64,000 nt of DNA. It comes from Macrostomum lignano. Lineage: Eukaryota. The DNA is taken from positions 1-64,000 of the forward strand of contig NIVC01000868.1 in assembly GCA_002269645.1 (NCBI GenBank), given 5' to 3'. A model generated the notes under the pieces. The model was not told the origin of the DNA and did not search any database. It was given only the letters and a program-made list of their open reading frames with translations. Position numbers and translations under genes: made by a program. Shown here piece after piece: positions 25,601 to 40,600 of the stretch; the first letter of the stretch is position 1; every line of letters starts with the position of its first letter.

Positions 25601-28600
25601 TTAAACATTAAAGAGCCACTGTAACAAAGTCTGTGTGGCTTGCAGAGAGGAATCTTAGAGCCGGCCAAGCCAATCTCTCTCAATAAATACCAGTTTATTT
25701 TCCAGCCTGACTAGGCTGACCAATCAGCCGCTACCTCTGTCGTGTTCGCACTCCAGAGTACACACATGTGCAAGTACAATCCGAGAGAGAGAGAGAGAGA
25801 GAGACAGCCCCCCATCCCCCACTCTGCACAGAAAGCTAAATGCAGTCACCACATTGTCACCACATGACAATGTGAGTATTAACGGCACAAGTGTTGAAAT
25901 GGTGTTTGATACGGGTGCGGATGCCTCATTGATATCCAAACACTCATTCAAACAACTGTCACAGAGGACAGATGTTATGCCAGCCGACAGAACATTTAAG
26001 GACTATCAGGGCTATGCAGTCCTGCTGTTTGGTAAGTCGATCGTCACAGTGCAGTTCAACGGCATTACAACACAGCTTCCTATCTTCATTGTGGATCGGC
26101 CAGGAGCTCCGAACATCTATGGGCTTGAGTGGATGCACGCCCTTGAGCCGTACCTGAATATTTACCAGGTTACACATTTCGAAGCACATCTAGTTTTAAA
26201 GGACAAAGCCAGACCCATGTTTCTCAAGCCAAGACCTATACCATACGGCATTCGAGAGAGTGTGAAACAGGAACTGGACCGCCTGGAAAGTGAAGGAATT
26301 CTGAAGAAGATTGATCAAAGCGAATGGGCAATGCCGATTGTGGTTGTGAGAAAGCAAAGTGGAAAAATACGCATATGCAGCGACTACAAGGTGACTGTCA
26401 ACAAATCCCTATGCGATATGGTCTCAACCACCCCATGCATTGAAGATGTGTTGAGCCAGTTGGGTGGAAGCAAGATCTTCTCTGTTCTCGATCTGATGAA
26501 CACTTACCTACAGTTACCAGTAGACGATGCGTCTAGAAGCATCCTAACCCTTTCGGGTTATATCAGCCCAAAGCCCTTGCTTATGGTGTCAAACAGGCAC
26601 AGGCAATTTTTCAGGGATATATGGACAAGCTATTAGCTTTGGAGAAAAATGTGGTCAGCTACCAGGATGACATCCTCATATATGGAAAAACAGAACAGGA
26701 ACACGACAACCAGATTAACTTTGTTACACGCATCCTACAGGAAAACAATGTCGTGGTTAACTATCAGAAAAGTGCACTCAAGTGCAGTAGAGTAAAGTTT
26801 CTGGGACTCGACATTGGCAGCGAAGGAATCTGTCCAGCAGAAGACAAGATGGAAGCCATACGGAGTTTAGCAGATCCAAGGTCTGTCAAGGAGCTTAGAT
26901 CATTCCTGGGCCTGGCAGAGTTTTACTCCAGATTTATAAAAAATCTATCTACCATCAAAGAGCCTCTAGCGAAGCTCGTTCGACAGGATGAAGAGTGGCG
27001 ATGGGGACCCATGGAACAGTCTGCGTTCCAGCTAATCAAGACTAGCATCTGTGAGTCGAAGGTCATTAAACCGTTTGATCAATCCGACTCAATTACAAGA
27101 CTCAAAATGGACGCCTCTCCTTACAGTCTTGGAGCAGTGCTTGAACAATCCAAAGGACTGGTCATGTTTATATCGAAGACACTCAGTAAGCCAGAGTGTA
27201 ACTATGCACAAATTGAGCGCGAGGCACTGGGAATCATCTGGGCTGTTAAGCATCTTCATAAATACTTGTATGCTTGAAAGTTTATACTAGTGACGGATCA
27301 TCATCCACTGAAGTATATATTTGATCCAGCAAAGAGCCTCAACAGCCTGGCTAGTGCTAGAATTCAGCGATGGGTGATCTCACTGGCATCGTATGACTAT
27401 ACCGTGGAATGCCGTCGATCTAAGGAGATTCTAGTAGCTGATGCACTTTCAAAATTGACATCTACGAGCACCAATAATGAGCAATTTGACGTCAGTACAG
27501 TTCAAGACACCGTACTCAACATGCCGGTGGATAAAAAAGAAATTCGCAGACAGTCGCTACAGGATCCAACAATGCGTAAGCTGTTTGCCCAAGTAAAACA
27601 TGGATGGACGGTAAGGGGAAAGAATCAGTTGCCAGAATTTTCCTGGCTACAAAGCAAGTTCTCCATTGAAGATGGAATCTTGTATCGGGGAATTAGAACT
27701 ATTATCCCCACTGTACTTCGTGATCAAGTGCTACAAACGCTTCACGATGGGCATTTAGGAGCGGAGAAAATGAAATCTATTGCCCGACAGTGCATATGGT
27801 GGCCATCAGTGGATGTGGACATTCAGCAGCGGGCAAAGGCATGCAAGGACTGCCAGCAGCAAAAAGATCATGCGAAGAGCGAATGGATTCCATGGCCACA
27901 GGAAACCGAGAAGTGGAGCCGAGTCTATATAGACCTATGCTGGTCCATTTAATAATGGAAAATCTATCTTCTAATCTCTTAATACTAAAAGTGGTGCGAT
28001 GTTTGTTTGTGTGTTGCAATTTTTCTCCTAAACTACTGGCAAGTCAGCGTTGAAACTTATATGGGAAAACTGCAAATTTTCCGGATTGGGTTTATAGCTA
28101 TTTTAATCTTTCATTTTTACATTTTAAGATCCCTAAAAAAGCAGAAAACTGATTTCTTAACCTTCTTTGCCCCTTCTGTGGCCACTCTGCCTCTCCAGTG
28201 GAGGGGTTGCAGTCTGTTTGTAAAAATAGCCACCCCAACCTCCGCCCGCGGGTCGCTGTGTATTTTGGGGGGGGGGGGTGGGTGCGCGTGTTCTGCGTTA
28301 AATGCAAAACCCCCGCGTGTTGGGGGGTTCAATTAAATTTAACGATTCCCCCGGAATGGGGGGTTGGGCTTGGGCTGAGTGTACATAGCAGTTGTACAGT
28401 GTAAGGAGATAGCTAGGACTGTGTCGAGATTTAATTGGTTTTATTATCGGCGGCATTCAATAGGCAGCCATGTGTATTTGCTGGGCAGTAAAATTTAATG
28501 AATAAACTTGCGAGCCTCTTTAGCAGGCTGTGAACGTACACTCGATACTTTAATGCTTTAAATCAGGAAATTTCAAGCGCTAACTGTTCCTCGAGTTTTA

Positions 28601-31600
28601 AACTTTCAGAGGAGAGACTTATATTACTGGAAAGATCTTGCAATACTGAGTTCGGGGATATAAGTTGTTTGCTTTAAATGTGAAAACAAAAAGCACAGCA
28701 TTTAAAAAACGATTTCCATACTTTTAACTTTCGGCAGTGTACTCATTTTGGAGTTCAATGGGGGTTCGACCAACCCCCCAACAGTTGGTGGGAGGGGGGG
28801 GTTCAACTTTTAATTGCCACTGCGTATTGGAAGGGGGTCAGTCGCTGTGTATTGGAGGGTTGATTTAGTTTGCGCAATCTTTTTGTTAACTTTTACCGAG
28901 ACTGATACTGACTGACTGTGAAATCGGTTGCGCATTCAATTAATTCAATTGGTTCAACACGCTGCTGCGTTGTAGCTCTAACCCTAACCCTAACCCTAAC
29001 CCTAACCACTAAATCCTGAGAGTTGATTCTTTTTTACGGAGAAAATTTCGATTCAGTCCAGTTTAATGGAGAGAATTTCTGTTTCGCGAAGACGATTTTG
29101 ATGGATGTCAGTTTCACGGAGAGGATTTCCATGGAGTCCAGTTTCACGGAGAGGATTTCTGTTTCTCGGAGGGGATTTTGATGAATGTCAGTTTCACGGA
29201 GAGGATTTCCATGGAGTCCAGTTTCACGGAGAGGATTTCTATTTCTCGGAGGGGATTTTGATGAATGTCAGTTTCACGGAGAGGTGTTTGATGGAGTTTT
29301 CTTTTACGGAGAAGATTTCGATGATGTTCAGTTTCGCGGAGAGGAGTTGGATGATGGGATTCAGGGAATGGCATTTCAGGGAATGGAGTTCCGGTGATGG
29401 GAATTCTTCCCCTTTCTCCTCCAGAGGAGGAGTTGGCCTCGTAAATATACTAAAAATGAGTTGTCTGTATGTATGTGGGTAGGTATGCGATAGATTTCAG
29501 AAAAAATGGCTCAACCGATTTTCTTCAAACTTGCACCATTCGATCAGAAATTTTCCTGGGACGGTACATGCATCTTGGCTAAAAAATTGCTCAATATTAA
29601 AGGGATTAAATATTCGAAAAACAGGCTTTTTTGCAAAGGTCAAGCGGCTCTTTCGATCTGAAATGCATTGTAAGAATGCTAGAGAAAAAACTGACTGACT
29701 GAATTTCAATTCTGATAAAGATTGCATCACAACAAGTTGAAAACAGTGCCAAAGAAATGCACACACAACTTGATTGAAATTGCGTAACAATATTGCTAAC
29801 TTAAATTGACACTGATACTGGCTGACTAAGAAATTGATTATGTCATAACTTTTTACTCTAACCAACTTGCTGTAAGCATTGAATTATAAGGGCCACAAAT
29901 CATGTTCGCCAATTGAAAAGAGATAGCATAGATGCGAACAGACTGGACTGCTAATGCAGCGACCTGGGTTCCAATCTTAGTGCTGCAAAAAGATTTTTTT
30001 ATTAAAACACCTTGAAAACACGAAACTGCTAAACATAAAAAAGCACAATGTCAAACATAAAAGAGGCACCATGTCAAACATTACATGGGCACCATGTAAA
30101 ACATATACGTCACTCTATGTCAAACATTAAAGAGCCACCATGTGAAACATAAGAGTCACCATTTCGAAAATTAAAGAGCCACCACGTCGAACATTAAAGA
30201 CCCACCATGTCAAACATAAAAGAGCCACCATGAAGAACATTAAATAGCCACCATGCCAAACATAAAAGAGCCACTATGTCGAACATTAAAGAGCTAGCAT
30301 GTCAAACATTAAAGAGCCACCATGTCGAACATAAAAGAGCCGCCATGTAAAACATTAAACAGCCACATTGTCAAACATAAAAGAGCCACCATGTAAGACA
30401 TTTAAGAGCCACCATGTGAAACATTTAAGAGCCACCATGTCAAACCTAAAAGAGCCACCATGTCGAACATAACAGAGCTACCATGTCAAACATTAAAAAG
30501 CCACCATGTCCAACTTAAACGAGCCATTATGTCGTACATTAAAGAGCCACCATGTCAAACATTAAACAGCCACCATGTCAAACACAGAAGAGCCACAATG
30601 TCAAACATAGATGAGCCACCATGTCAGATATTAAAAAGCCACCGTATCAAACATAAAAGAGTTACCATGTAGAACAAAAAAGAGCCACCATGTCGAACAT
30701 AAAAGAGCCACCATGTCAAACATAAAAGAGCCAACATGTCAAACCTAAACGAGCCACCATGTCTAATATTTAAGAGACACCATGTATAAGTGACTTTATG
30801 TCAAACATTAAAGAGCCACCATGTCAAGCATAAAAGAGCCACCATGTCAAACATTAAAGAGCCACCATGTCGAACGTTAAAGAGCCACCATGTCAAGCAT
30901 AAAAGAGCCACCATGTCAAACATTAAAAAGCCATGTCAAACACTAAAGAGCCACCATGTCGAAAATAAACGAGCCATTATGTCGTACATTAAAGAGCCAC
31001 CATGTCGAACATAAAAGAGCCACCATGTCAAACATTAAAGAGCCACCATGTCAGACATTAAAGAGCCACTATGTCAAACATAAAATAGCCACTATGTCAA
31101 ACATTAAACAGCCACCATATCGAACACTAAAGAGCCACCATGTCAAACATATATGTGACTCCATGTCAAATATATACGTGACTCCATGTCACACATAAAA
31201 GAGCCACCATGTAAAACATATACACATGACTACATAACAAACATTAAACAGCCATCATGTCGAACATTAAAGAGCCATCATGTCAAAAATTAAAGAGCCA
31301 CCATGTCAAACATTAAAGACCCACCATGTCAAACATAAAAGAGCCACCATGAAAAGCATATACGTGACTCCATGCCAAATATATACGTGACTCCATGTCA
31401 AACACAGACGTGACTCCATGTGAAACACTAGAGAGCCACCATGTCAAACATTAAAGAGCCACGATGTCAAACATTTAAGAGCACCATGTTAAACATAAAG
31501 GAGCCACCATGTCGAACATTAAAGAGCCACCATTTCAAACATTAAAGAGCCATCATTACATTAAGGTGCCATCAGGTCAAACATTAAAGAGCCACCATGT

Positions 31601-34600
31601 CAAACATTAAAGAGCCACCATGTCGAACATTAAAGAGCCATCATGTCAAACATAAAAGAGCCACTATGTCAAACAATAAAGGGACACCATGTCAGACATT
31701 AAAAAAAACCCGAATCAAACATAAGAGAGCCACCATGTAGAACATTAAAGAGCCACCATGTCAAACATAGAAGAGCCACCATGTCAAAAATAAAACAGCC
31801 ACCATGTCAAACATAAAAGAGCCACCATGTCAAACATAAAAGAGCCATCATGTCAAACATATATGTGACTCCATGTCAAATATATACGTGACTCCATGTC
31901 ACACATAAAAGAGCCACCATGTAAAACATATACACATGACTACATAACAAACATTAAACAGCCATCATGTCGAACATTAAAGAGCCATCATGTCAAAAAT
32001 TAAAGAGCCACCATGTCAAACATTAAAGACCCACCATGTCAAACATAAAAGAGCCACCATGAAAAGCATATACGTGACTCCATGCCAAATATATACGTGA
32101 CTCCATGTCAAACACAGACGTGACTCCATGTGAAACACTAGAGAGCCACCATGTCAAACATTAAAGAGCCACGATGTCAAACATTTAAGAGCACCATGTT
32201 AAACATAAAGGAGCCACCATGTCGAACATTAAAGAGCCACCATTTCAAACATTAAAGAGCCATCATTACATTAAGGTGCCACCAGGTCAAACATTAAAGA
32301 GCCACCATGTCAAACATTAAAGAGCCACCATGTCGAACATTAAAGAGCCATCATGTCAAACATAAAAGAGCCACTATGTCAAACAATAAAGGGACACCAT
32401 GTCAGACATTAAAAAAAACCCGAATCAAACATAAGAGAGCCACCATGTAGAACATTAAAGAACCACCATGTCAAACATAGAAGAGCCACCATGTCAAACA
32501 TAAAACAGCCACCATGTCAAACATAAAAGAGCCACCATGTCAAACATAAAAGAGCCATCATGTCAAACATAAAGGAGCCACCATGTCAATCAAAAAAGAG
32601 CCACCATGTCAAACTTAAAACAGCCACCATGTCAAACATAAAGGAGCCACCATGTCAAACATTAAAGAGCCGCAATGTCAAACATTGAAGAGCCATCATG
32701 TCAAACATTGAAGAGCCACCATGTCAAACATTAAAGAGCCACCATGTCGAACATTAAAGAGCCACCATGTCCAACATATATGTGACTCCATGTCAAACAT
32801 TATAGAGCCAGCATGTCAAACATTAAAGTGCTACCATGTCAAACATAGAAGAGCCACCATGTCGAACAATAACGAGTCACCATGTCAAGTATATTCGTGA
32901 CTCCATGTCAAACATAAAAGAGCTACCATGAAGAACATTAAAGAGCCACCACGTAAAACATTAAAGAGCCACCATGTCAAACATAAAAGAGCCATCATGT
33001 CAAACATAAAGGAGCCACCATGTCAATCAAAAAAGAGCCACCATGTCAAACATAAAGGAGCCACCATGTCAAACATTAAAGAGCCGCAATGTCAAACATT
33101 AAAGAGCCATCATGTCGAACAATAAAGAGCCACCATGTCTAACATTAAAGAGCCACCATGTCGAACATTAAAGAGCCACCATGTCTAACATTAAAAAGCC
33201 ACCTTTTTGAACATAAAAGAGCAACCAATGTCGAACATTAAAGAACCACTATGTCCAACAAACCAACATAAAAGAGCCACCATGTCAAACATAAAAGAGC
33301 CATCATGTCAAACATTAAAGAGCCACCATTTCGAACATTAAAGAGCCACCATGTCAAACAGTAAAGAGCCACCATGTCAAGCAAAAAAGAGCCACCATGT
33401 CCAACATAAAAGAGCCACCATGTCAAACATTAAAAGAGCCGCAATGTCAAACATTAAAGAGCCATCATGTCTAACATTAAAGAGCCACCATGTCGAACAT
33501 TAAAGAGCCACCATGTCTAACATAAAGAGCCACCATTTCAAACATAAAAGAGCCACCATGTCAAAAATTAAAGAGCCATAATGTCAAACAGTAAAACGCC
33601 ACCATGTCAAACAATAAAGAGACACCATGTCAGACATTAAAAAAACCCTGAATCAAACATAAGAGAGCCACCATGTAGAACATAAAAGAGCCACCATGTC
33701 AAACATTAAAGAGCCACCATGTCAAACATTAAAAAGCCACCATGTCAAACATTAAAGAGCCACCATGTCAAACATAAAATTTACACAATTTCAAACGTAA
33801 AAGTAAGCGTCATGCCAATTTTAAAGGAGCCACTATAGAGCTAAGGAAATTGTAGCACTAGCTACTTTACTTATTGTATGGTGGATGCTTACTATTTGGG
33901 GTGCTTGCTATCTGGGGGATGCTTGCGATCTGGGGGATGCTTGCGATCTGGGGGATGCTTGCTATCTGGGGGATGCTTACTATCTGGGGTCTGGGGGAAT
34001 GCTTGCTATCTGCGGATGCTTGCTATCTGGGGTTGCTTGCTATCGGGGGGATGCTTGCTACCTGGGGGATGCTTGCTATTTTGGGATCGATGCTTGAATG
34101 CTGTCTGAGGATGCTTGCTGTCTTGGGATGTTTTGTTTTTAGAGGGAATGTCTGTTGTTGTTTTTTGAAGGCTTTAGTTCGCTGTCTATTTGTTATTTGT
34201 AAAGAACAAGGATTCTAACCAGATGTCCCCCATCGGGGGGCGAAGATTGCTAGTCTAATATACTAAAAATGAAATGCTTGGTTGCTTGCTTGTAATTGAT
34301 TTTCTCCCGAACGGCTCAACCGATTTTCTTCAAACTTGCACCATTCGATCAGAAATTTTCCTGGGACGGTACATGCAGCTTGGCTAAGAAATTGCTCAAT
34401 GTTAAAGGGATTAAATATTCGAAAAACATGCTTTTTTGCAAAGGTCAAGCAGCTCTTTCGACCTGAAATGCATTGTAAGAATGCTAGAGAAAAAACTGAC
34501 TGACTGAATTCCGATTGTGATAAAGATTGCATCACAACAAGTTGAAAACAGTGTCAAAGAAATGCACACACGACTTGAATGAAATTGCGTAACCATATTG

Positions 34601-37600
34601 CCAACTTAAATTGAGACTGATACTGGCTGACTGAGAAATTGATTATGTCATAACTTTTTACTCCAATTGACTTCCTGTAAGAATTGAATTATAAGGGCCA
34701 CAATTCATGTTCTCCAATTGAGAAGAGATAGCCCTGATGCGAACAGACTGGAATGCTAATGTAGCGACCTGGGTTCGAATCTTAGTAGTGCAAAAAAGAT
34801 TTTTTTATTAAAACACCTTACAACCACGAAACTGCTAAACATAAAAGAAGCGCAATGTCAAACATAGAAGAGCCACCATGTCGAACATTAAAGAGCCACC
34901 ATGTCAAACCTAAACGAGCCACCATGTCTAATATTTAAGAGGCACCATGTAAAACATATAAGTGACTTTATGTCAAACATAAAAGAGCCACCATTTCGAA
35001 CATTAAACAGCCACCATTTCGAACATTAAAGAGCCACCATGTCGAACATAAAAGAGCAACTATTTCGAACATTAAAGAGCCACCATTTCGAACATTAAAG
35101 AGCCACCATGTCGACCATAAAAGAGCCACTATTTCGAACATCAAAGAGCCACTATGTTAAACATAAAAGAGCCAACATGTCAAACATAAAAGAGCCAACA
35201 TGTCAAACATTTAGGAGCCACCATGTCAAACATAAATGTGACTTTGTGTCAAACATTAAAGAGCCACCATTTCGAACATTAAAGAGCCACTATTTCGAAC
35301 ATTAAAGAGCCACCATTTCGAACATTAAAGAGCCACCATGTCGACCATAAAAGAGCCACTATTTCGAACATCAAAGAGCCACTATGTCAAACATAAAAGA
35401 GCCAACATGTCAAACATAAAAGAGCCAACATGTCAAACATAAAGAGCCACCATGTCAAACATTTAGGAGCCACCATGTCAAACATAAATGTGACTTTGTG
35501 TCAAACATTAAAGAGCCACCATTTCGAACATTAAAGAGCCACTATTTCGAACATTAAAGAGCCGCCATGTCAAACATGAAAGAGCTATAACATGGAGAAT
35601 ATTAAAGAGCCACCATGTCGAACATAACAGAGCTACCATGTCAAACATTAAAGAGCCACCATGTCAAACATTCAAAAGCCACATTGTCAAACATTAAAGA
35701 GCCATTATGTCGTACATTAAAGAGCCACCATTTCGAACATTAAAGAGCCACCATGTCGAACATAAAAGAGCCACCATGTCAATCATTAAAGAGCCACCAT
35801 GTCAAACATAAAAGAGCCACCATGTCAATCATTAAAGAGCCACTATGTCAAACATAAAAGAGCCAACATGTCAGACATTAAAAAAGCCACCGTATCAGAT
35901 ATAAAAGAGTTACCATGTAGAACAAAAAAGAGCCACCATGTCAAACATGAAAGAGCCACCATGTCAAACACAAAAGAGCCAACATGTCAAACATATATGT
36001 GACTTTATGTCAAACATTAAAAAGCCAAAATTTCGAACATAACAGAGCTACGATGTCAAAAATTAAAGAGCTACCATGTCGAACATTAAAGAGCCACCAT
36101 GTCGAACATTAAAGAGCCACCCTGTCGAATATAAAAGAGCCACTATGTCGAACATTAAAGAGCCACCATGTCTAACATTAAAAGTCACCATGTTAAACAT
36201 TAAAGAGCCACCATATCAAGCATAAAAGAGCCACCATGTCAAATCAAAAAGAGCCACCATGTCGAAAATTTAAGAGCCAAAATGTAGAATATAAAAGAGC
36301 CACCATGTTAAACCTAAAAGAGCCACCATGTTAAACCTAAAAGAGCCACCATGTTAAACCTAAAAGAGCCATTATGTCAAACCTAAAAGAGCCACCATGT
36401 CGAACACTTAAGAGCCACAATGTAAAATATTAAAGAGCCACCATTTCGAACATATAAGTGACTTTATGTCAAACATTAAAGAGCCACCATGTCAAACATT
36501 TAAGAGCCACTATGTTGAACATTAAAGAGCCATCATACTGAACATTAAACAGCCACCATGTCAAACCTAAAAGAGCTACCATGTCAAACATTAAAGAGCC
36601 ATCATGTCAAACATTAAACAGCCATCATGTCAAACCTAAAAGATCCACCATTTCGAACACTTGAGAGCCACAATGTAGAATATTAAAGAGCCACCATGTC
36701 AAACATTAAAAAGCCACCATGTAAAACAAAAGAGCCACCATTTCTAACATTAAAGAGCCACCATGTCAAACATTTAGGAACCACCATGTCAAAAATTTAA
36801 GAGCCACCATGTCGAACATAAAAGAGCTATACCATGAAGAACATTAAAGAGCCACTTTGTCGATCATTAAAGAGCCACTATGTCAAACAATATAGAGCCA
36901 CCATGTCAAACATTTAAGAGCCACCATGTCAATTATATATGTGTCTTTATGTCATACATTAAAGAGCCACCATTTCGAACATTAGAAGCCACCATGTCAA
37001 ACATTTAAAAGCCACCTTGTCAAACATTAAATAGCCACTTTGTCGAACATTAAAGGGCCACTGTGTCAAACATAAAAGAGCCACCAGGTTAAACATTAAA
37101 GAGCCACCATGTCAAACAATAAAGAGCCACCATGTCAAACATAAAAGAGCCACCATGTCAGACATTAAAAAGCCATCGTTTCAAACATAAAAGAGTTGCC
37201 ATGTAGAACATAAAAGAGCCACCATGTCAAACATAAAATTTACACTTTTTGAAACGTAAAAGTAAGCGAATTTTAAAGGAGCCACTATAATGCTAAGGAA
37301 ATTGTCGCACTAGCTACTTATTGTCTGGTGGATGCTTGCTATTTGGGGATGCTATCTATGTAGGGGATGCTTGCTATCTGGGGGATGCTTGCTATCTGGG
37401 GGATGCTTGCTATCTGGGGGATGCTGGCTATCTGGGGGATGCTTGCTATCTGAGGGATGCTTGCTATCTGGGGGATGCTTGCTATCTGGGGATGCTTGCT
37501 ATCTTGGGGATACTTGCTATCTGGGGGATGCTTGCTATCTGGGGGATGCTTGCTATCTGGGGATGCTTGCTATCTGGGGGATGCTGGCTATCTGGGGGAT

Positions 37601-40600
37601 GCTTGCTATCTGAGGGATGCTTGCTATCTGGGGATGCTTGCTATCTGGGGGATGCTTGCTATCTTGGGGATACTTGCTATCTGGGGGATGCTTGCTATCT
37701 GGGGGATGCTTGCTATCTGGGGGATGCTTGCTATCTGGGGGATGCTTGCTATCTGAGGGATGCTTGCTATCTGGGGGATGCTTGCTATCTGGGGGATGCT
37801 TGCTATCTTGGGGATGCTTGCTATCTGGGGGATGCTTGCTATCTTGGGGATGCTTGCTATCTGGGGGATGCTTGCTATCTGAGGGATGCTTGCTATCTGG
37901 GGGATGCTTGCTATCTGGGGGATGCTTGCTATCTGAGGGATGCTTGCTATCTGAGGGATGCTTGCTATCTGGGGGATGCTTGCTATCTGGGGGATGCTTG
38001 CTATCTGGGGGATGCTTGCTATCTGGGGGATGCTTGCTATCTGGGGGATGCTTGCTATCTGAGGGATGCTTGCTATCTGGGGGATGGTTGCTATCTGGGT
38101 GATGCTTGCTATCTTGGGGATACTTGCTATCTGGGGGATGCTTGCTATCTGGGGGATGCTTGCTATCTGGGGATGCTTGCTATCTGGGGGATGCTTGCTA
38201 TCTGAGGGATGCTTGCTATCTGGGGGATGCTTGCTATCTGGGGGATGCTTGCTATCTTGGGGATGCTTGCTATCTGGGGGATGCTTGCTATCTGGGGGAT
38301 GCTTGCTATCTGAGGGATGCTTGCTATCTGGGGGATGCTTGCTATCTGGGGGATGCTTGCTATCTGAGGGATGCTTGCTATCTGGGGGATGCTTGCTATC
38401 TGGGGGATGCTTGCTATCTAGGGGATTCTTGCTATCTGGGGGATGCTTGCTATCTGGGGGATGCTTGCTATCCGGGGGTTGCTTGCAATCTGGAGGATGC
38501 TTGCTGTCTTGGAATGATTTCTTTTTGTATTGCACTTCCTTAGAGTATTTTGTCTGTTTTCTTTGCGAAGGCTTTTTTTGGCTATCTTTTTGTTACTTGT
38601 AGAGAACAGAGGTTCTATACAGATGTCCCCCAACGGGGGGCGAAGATTGCTAGTCACAATATACTAAATCTTCTAATATACTAAATCACAATATACTAAA
38701 TCTTCTAATATACTAAAAATGGTCTGTTTGTGTGTGCGTGTGTGTATGTGTGTGTGATCGATTTTAGCAAAAACAGCTCAACCGATTTTCTTCGAATTTG
38801 CACCATTCGATCAGAAATTTTTCCGTGACGGTACATGCATCATTGCTAAGAAATTGCTTGATGCTTAAGGGATTAAATATTCGAAAAACATGCTTTTTTG
38901 CAAAGGTCAAGCATCTCTTTCGACTTGAAATGCATTGTAAGAATGCTAGCAGAAAAACTGACTGGTTGAATTCTAAATTCTAAAATGGATTGCATCACAA
39001 TTTACACTTTATTTATCGTCTGTGTACTGGCTGAATTTGACACTCAATTGAATTGCGTCACAGCTTTGAGTGTAAAAGCATAGTGCAGTACCCAATTTAT
39101 ATTACGTAACCATTTGTTAACTTTCATAGACACTGGTACTGACTTGCCTAAGAAATTGATTATGTCATAACTGCTTCGTGTGACTTTTTACTCTACCTGA
39201 CTTGGTGTGAGTGTTGAATTATATAAGTGGTACAAATTCACTGATAACTTTGATGAGAGCTAGCCTAGAGCTGAAGAGCTAGACTGCTAATGCAGCGACC
39301 TGGGTTCGAATCTAAGTAGTAGTGTAAAATTTTTTATTAAAAGCTTTTATAAAAGGACTAAATAAAAACACTTAGATTACTGCACTCGATAAGCTAAGGA
39401 TTATTGCTCTTGGCAAACCAAGGATTACTGCACTCGATAAGCCAAGGATTATTGCTATTAATAAACCAAGGATTACTGCACTCGATAAGCCAAGGATTAT
39501 TGCTCTTGGCAAACCAAGGATTACTGCACTCGATAAGCCAAGGATTATTGCTATTAATAAACCAAGGATTATGCACTTGGCAAACCAAGGATTACTGCAC
39601 TCGATAAGCCAAGGATTATTGCTATTAATAAACCAAGGATTACTGCACTCAATAAACCAAGGACTATTGCTCTTGGCAAACCAAGGATTACTGCACTTGA
39701 TTAATCAAGGATTATTGCTATTAATAAACCAAGGATTACTGCACTCGATAAGCCAAGGATTATTGCTATTAATAAACCAAGGATTACTGCACTCGATAAG
39801 CCAAGGATTATTGCTATTAATAAACCAAGGATTACTTACTGCACTTGGCAAACCAAGAATTACTGCACTCGATAAGCCATGGATTATTGCTATTAATAAA
39901 CCAAGGATTACTGCACTCGATAGCCAAGGATTACTGCGCTTGATAAGCTTGGCTACATGTATAGGATTATTTCTATCCAGGGGGATGCTTGCTATTTAGG
40001 GATTCTGGCTATGTGCAGAATGCTTGCTATCTGGAAGGATGCTTCTACATTATTTGGGGGATGCTTGCTATCTGGAAGGATGCTTCTACATTATTTGGGG
40101 TATGCTTGCTATCTGCAAGATGCTTGCTATCTGCAAGATGCTTGCTATCTGCAAGATGCTTGCTATCTGCAGATGCTTGCTATCTGGGTGGATGCTTGCT
40201 AGGAGTATTAGGGGATGCTTGCTACTTGGGGGATGCTTGCTGTCTTGGGAATATTTTCTATTTAGGGGTAATGACTAAAATTCATGAGAGCTAGCCTAGA
40301 GGTAAACAGACTAAACTGCTAAATGCAGGGACGATGGTTCGAATTTTTAGAGAGTAGAGTTTTTTTAATTAAAGCTTTTTAACGCCAAGACAAAAAAATT
40401 ATGGAAGCGTCATGTAAAAAATCATAGAATTGTCATGTAAAAAATCATAGAATCGTCATGTAAAAAATCATAGAAGCGTCATGCAAGCAATCATAGAAGC
40501 ATAATGTAAACAATCATAGAAGCGTCATGTTAAAATCATAAAAGCGTCATGTAAACAATCATAAAAGCGTCATGTAAACAATCATAGAAGCGTAATGTAA

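Larger units (their letters stand above)
20900..27962. repeat. Tandem segmental duplication, period about 3540 bp (Helitron 5' part + Gypsy pol)
   Basis: Duplicate ORFs at 23081/26621 and 23750/27290; near-identical sequence. Confidence 0.95.
27963..34253 (+). mobile_element. Non-autonomous Helitron HA (5' stub 27963-27976, body 29442-34253)
   Basis: A|TC insertion junction, 3' hairpin CCCCCATCGGGGG then ATTGCTAG, no Rep/helicase ORF. Confidence 0.88.
34254..38653 (+). mobile_element. Non-autonomous Helitron HB
   Basis: TCTAATATACTAAAAATG directly after the CTAG of HA. Same module order as HA; 3' CCCCCAACGGGGG...CTAG. Confidence 0.9.

Noticed and set aside
28978-29007. True chromosome end
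   Set aside because: Only about 5 units, internal to a mobile element.
37321-38602. GDACYL / IASIPQ repeat ORFs, and the [12 protein letters not shown] ORFs at 30460-36002
   Set aside because: Artefacts of the 18-bp and 23-bp satellites.
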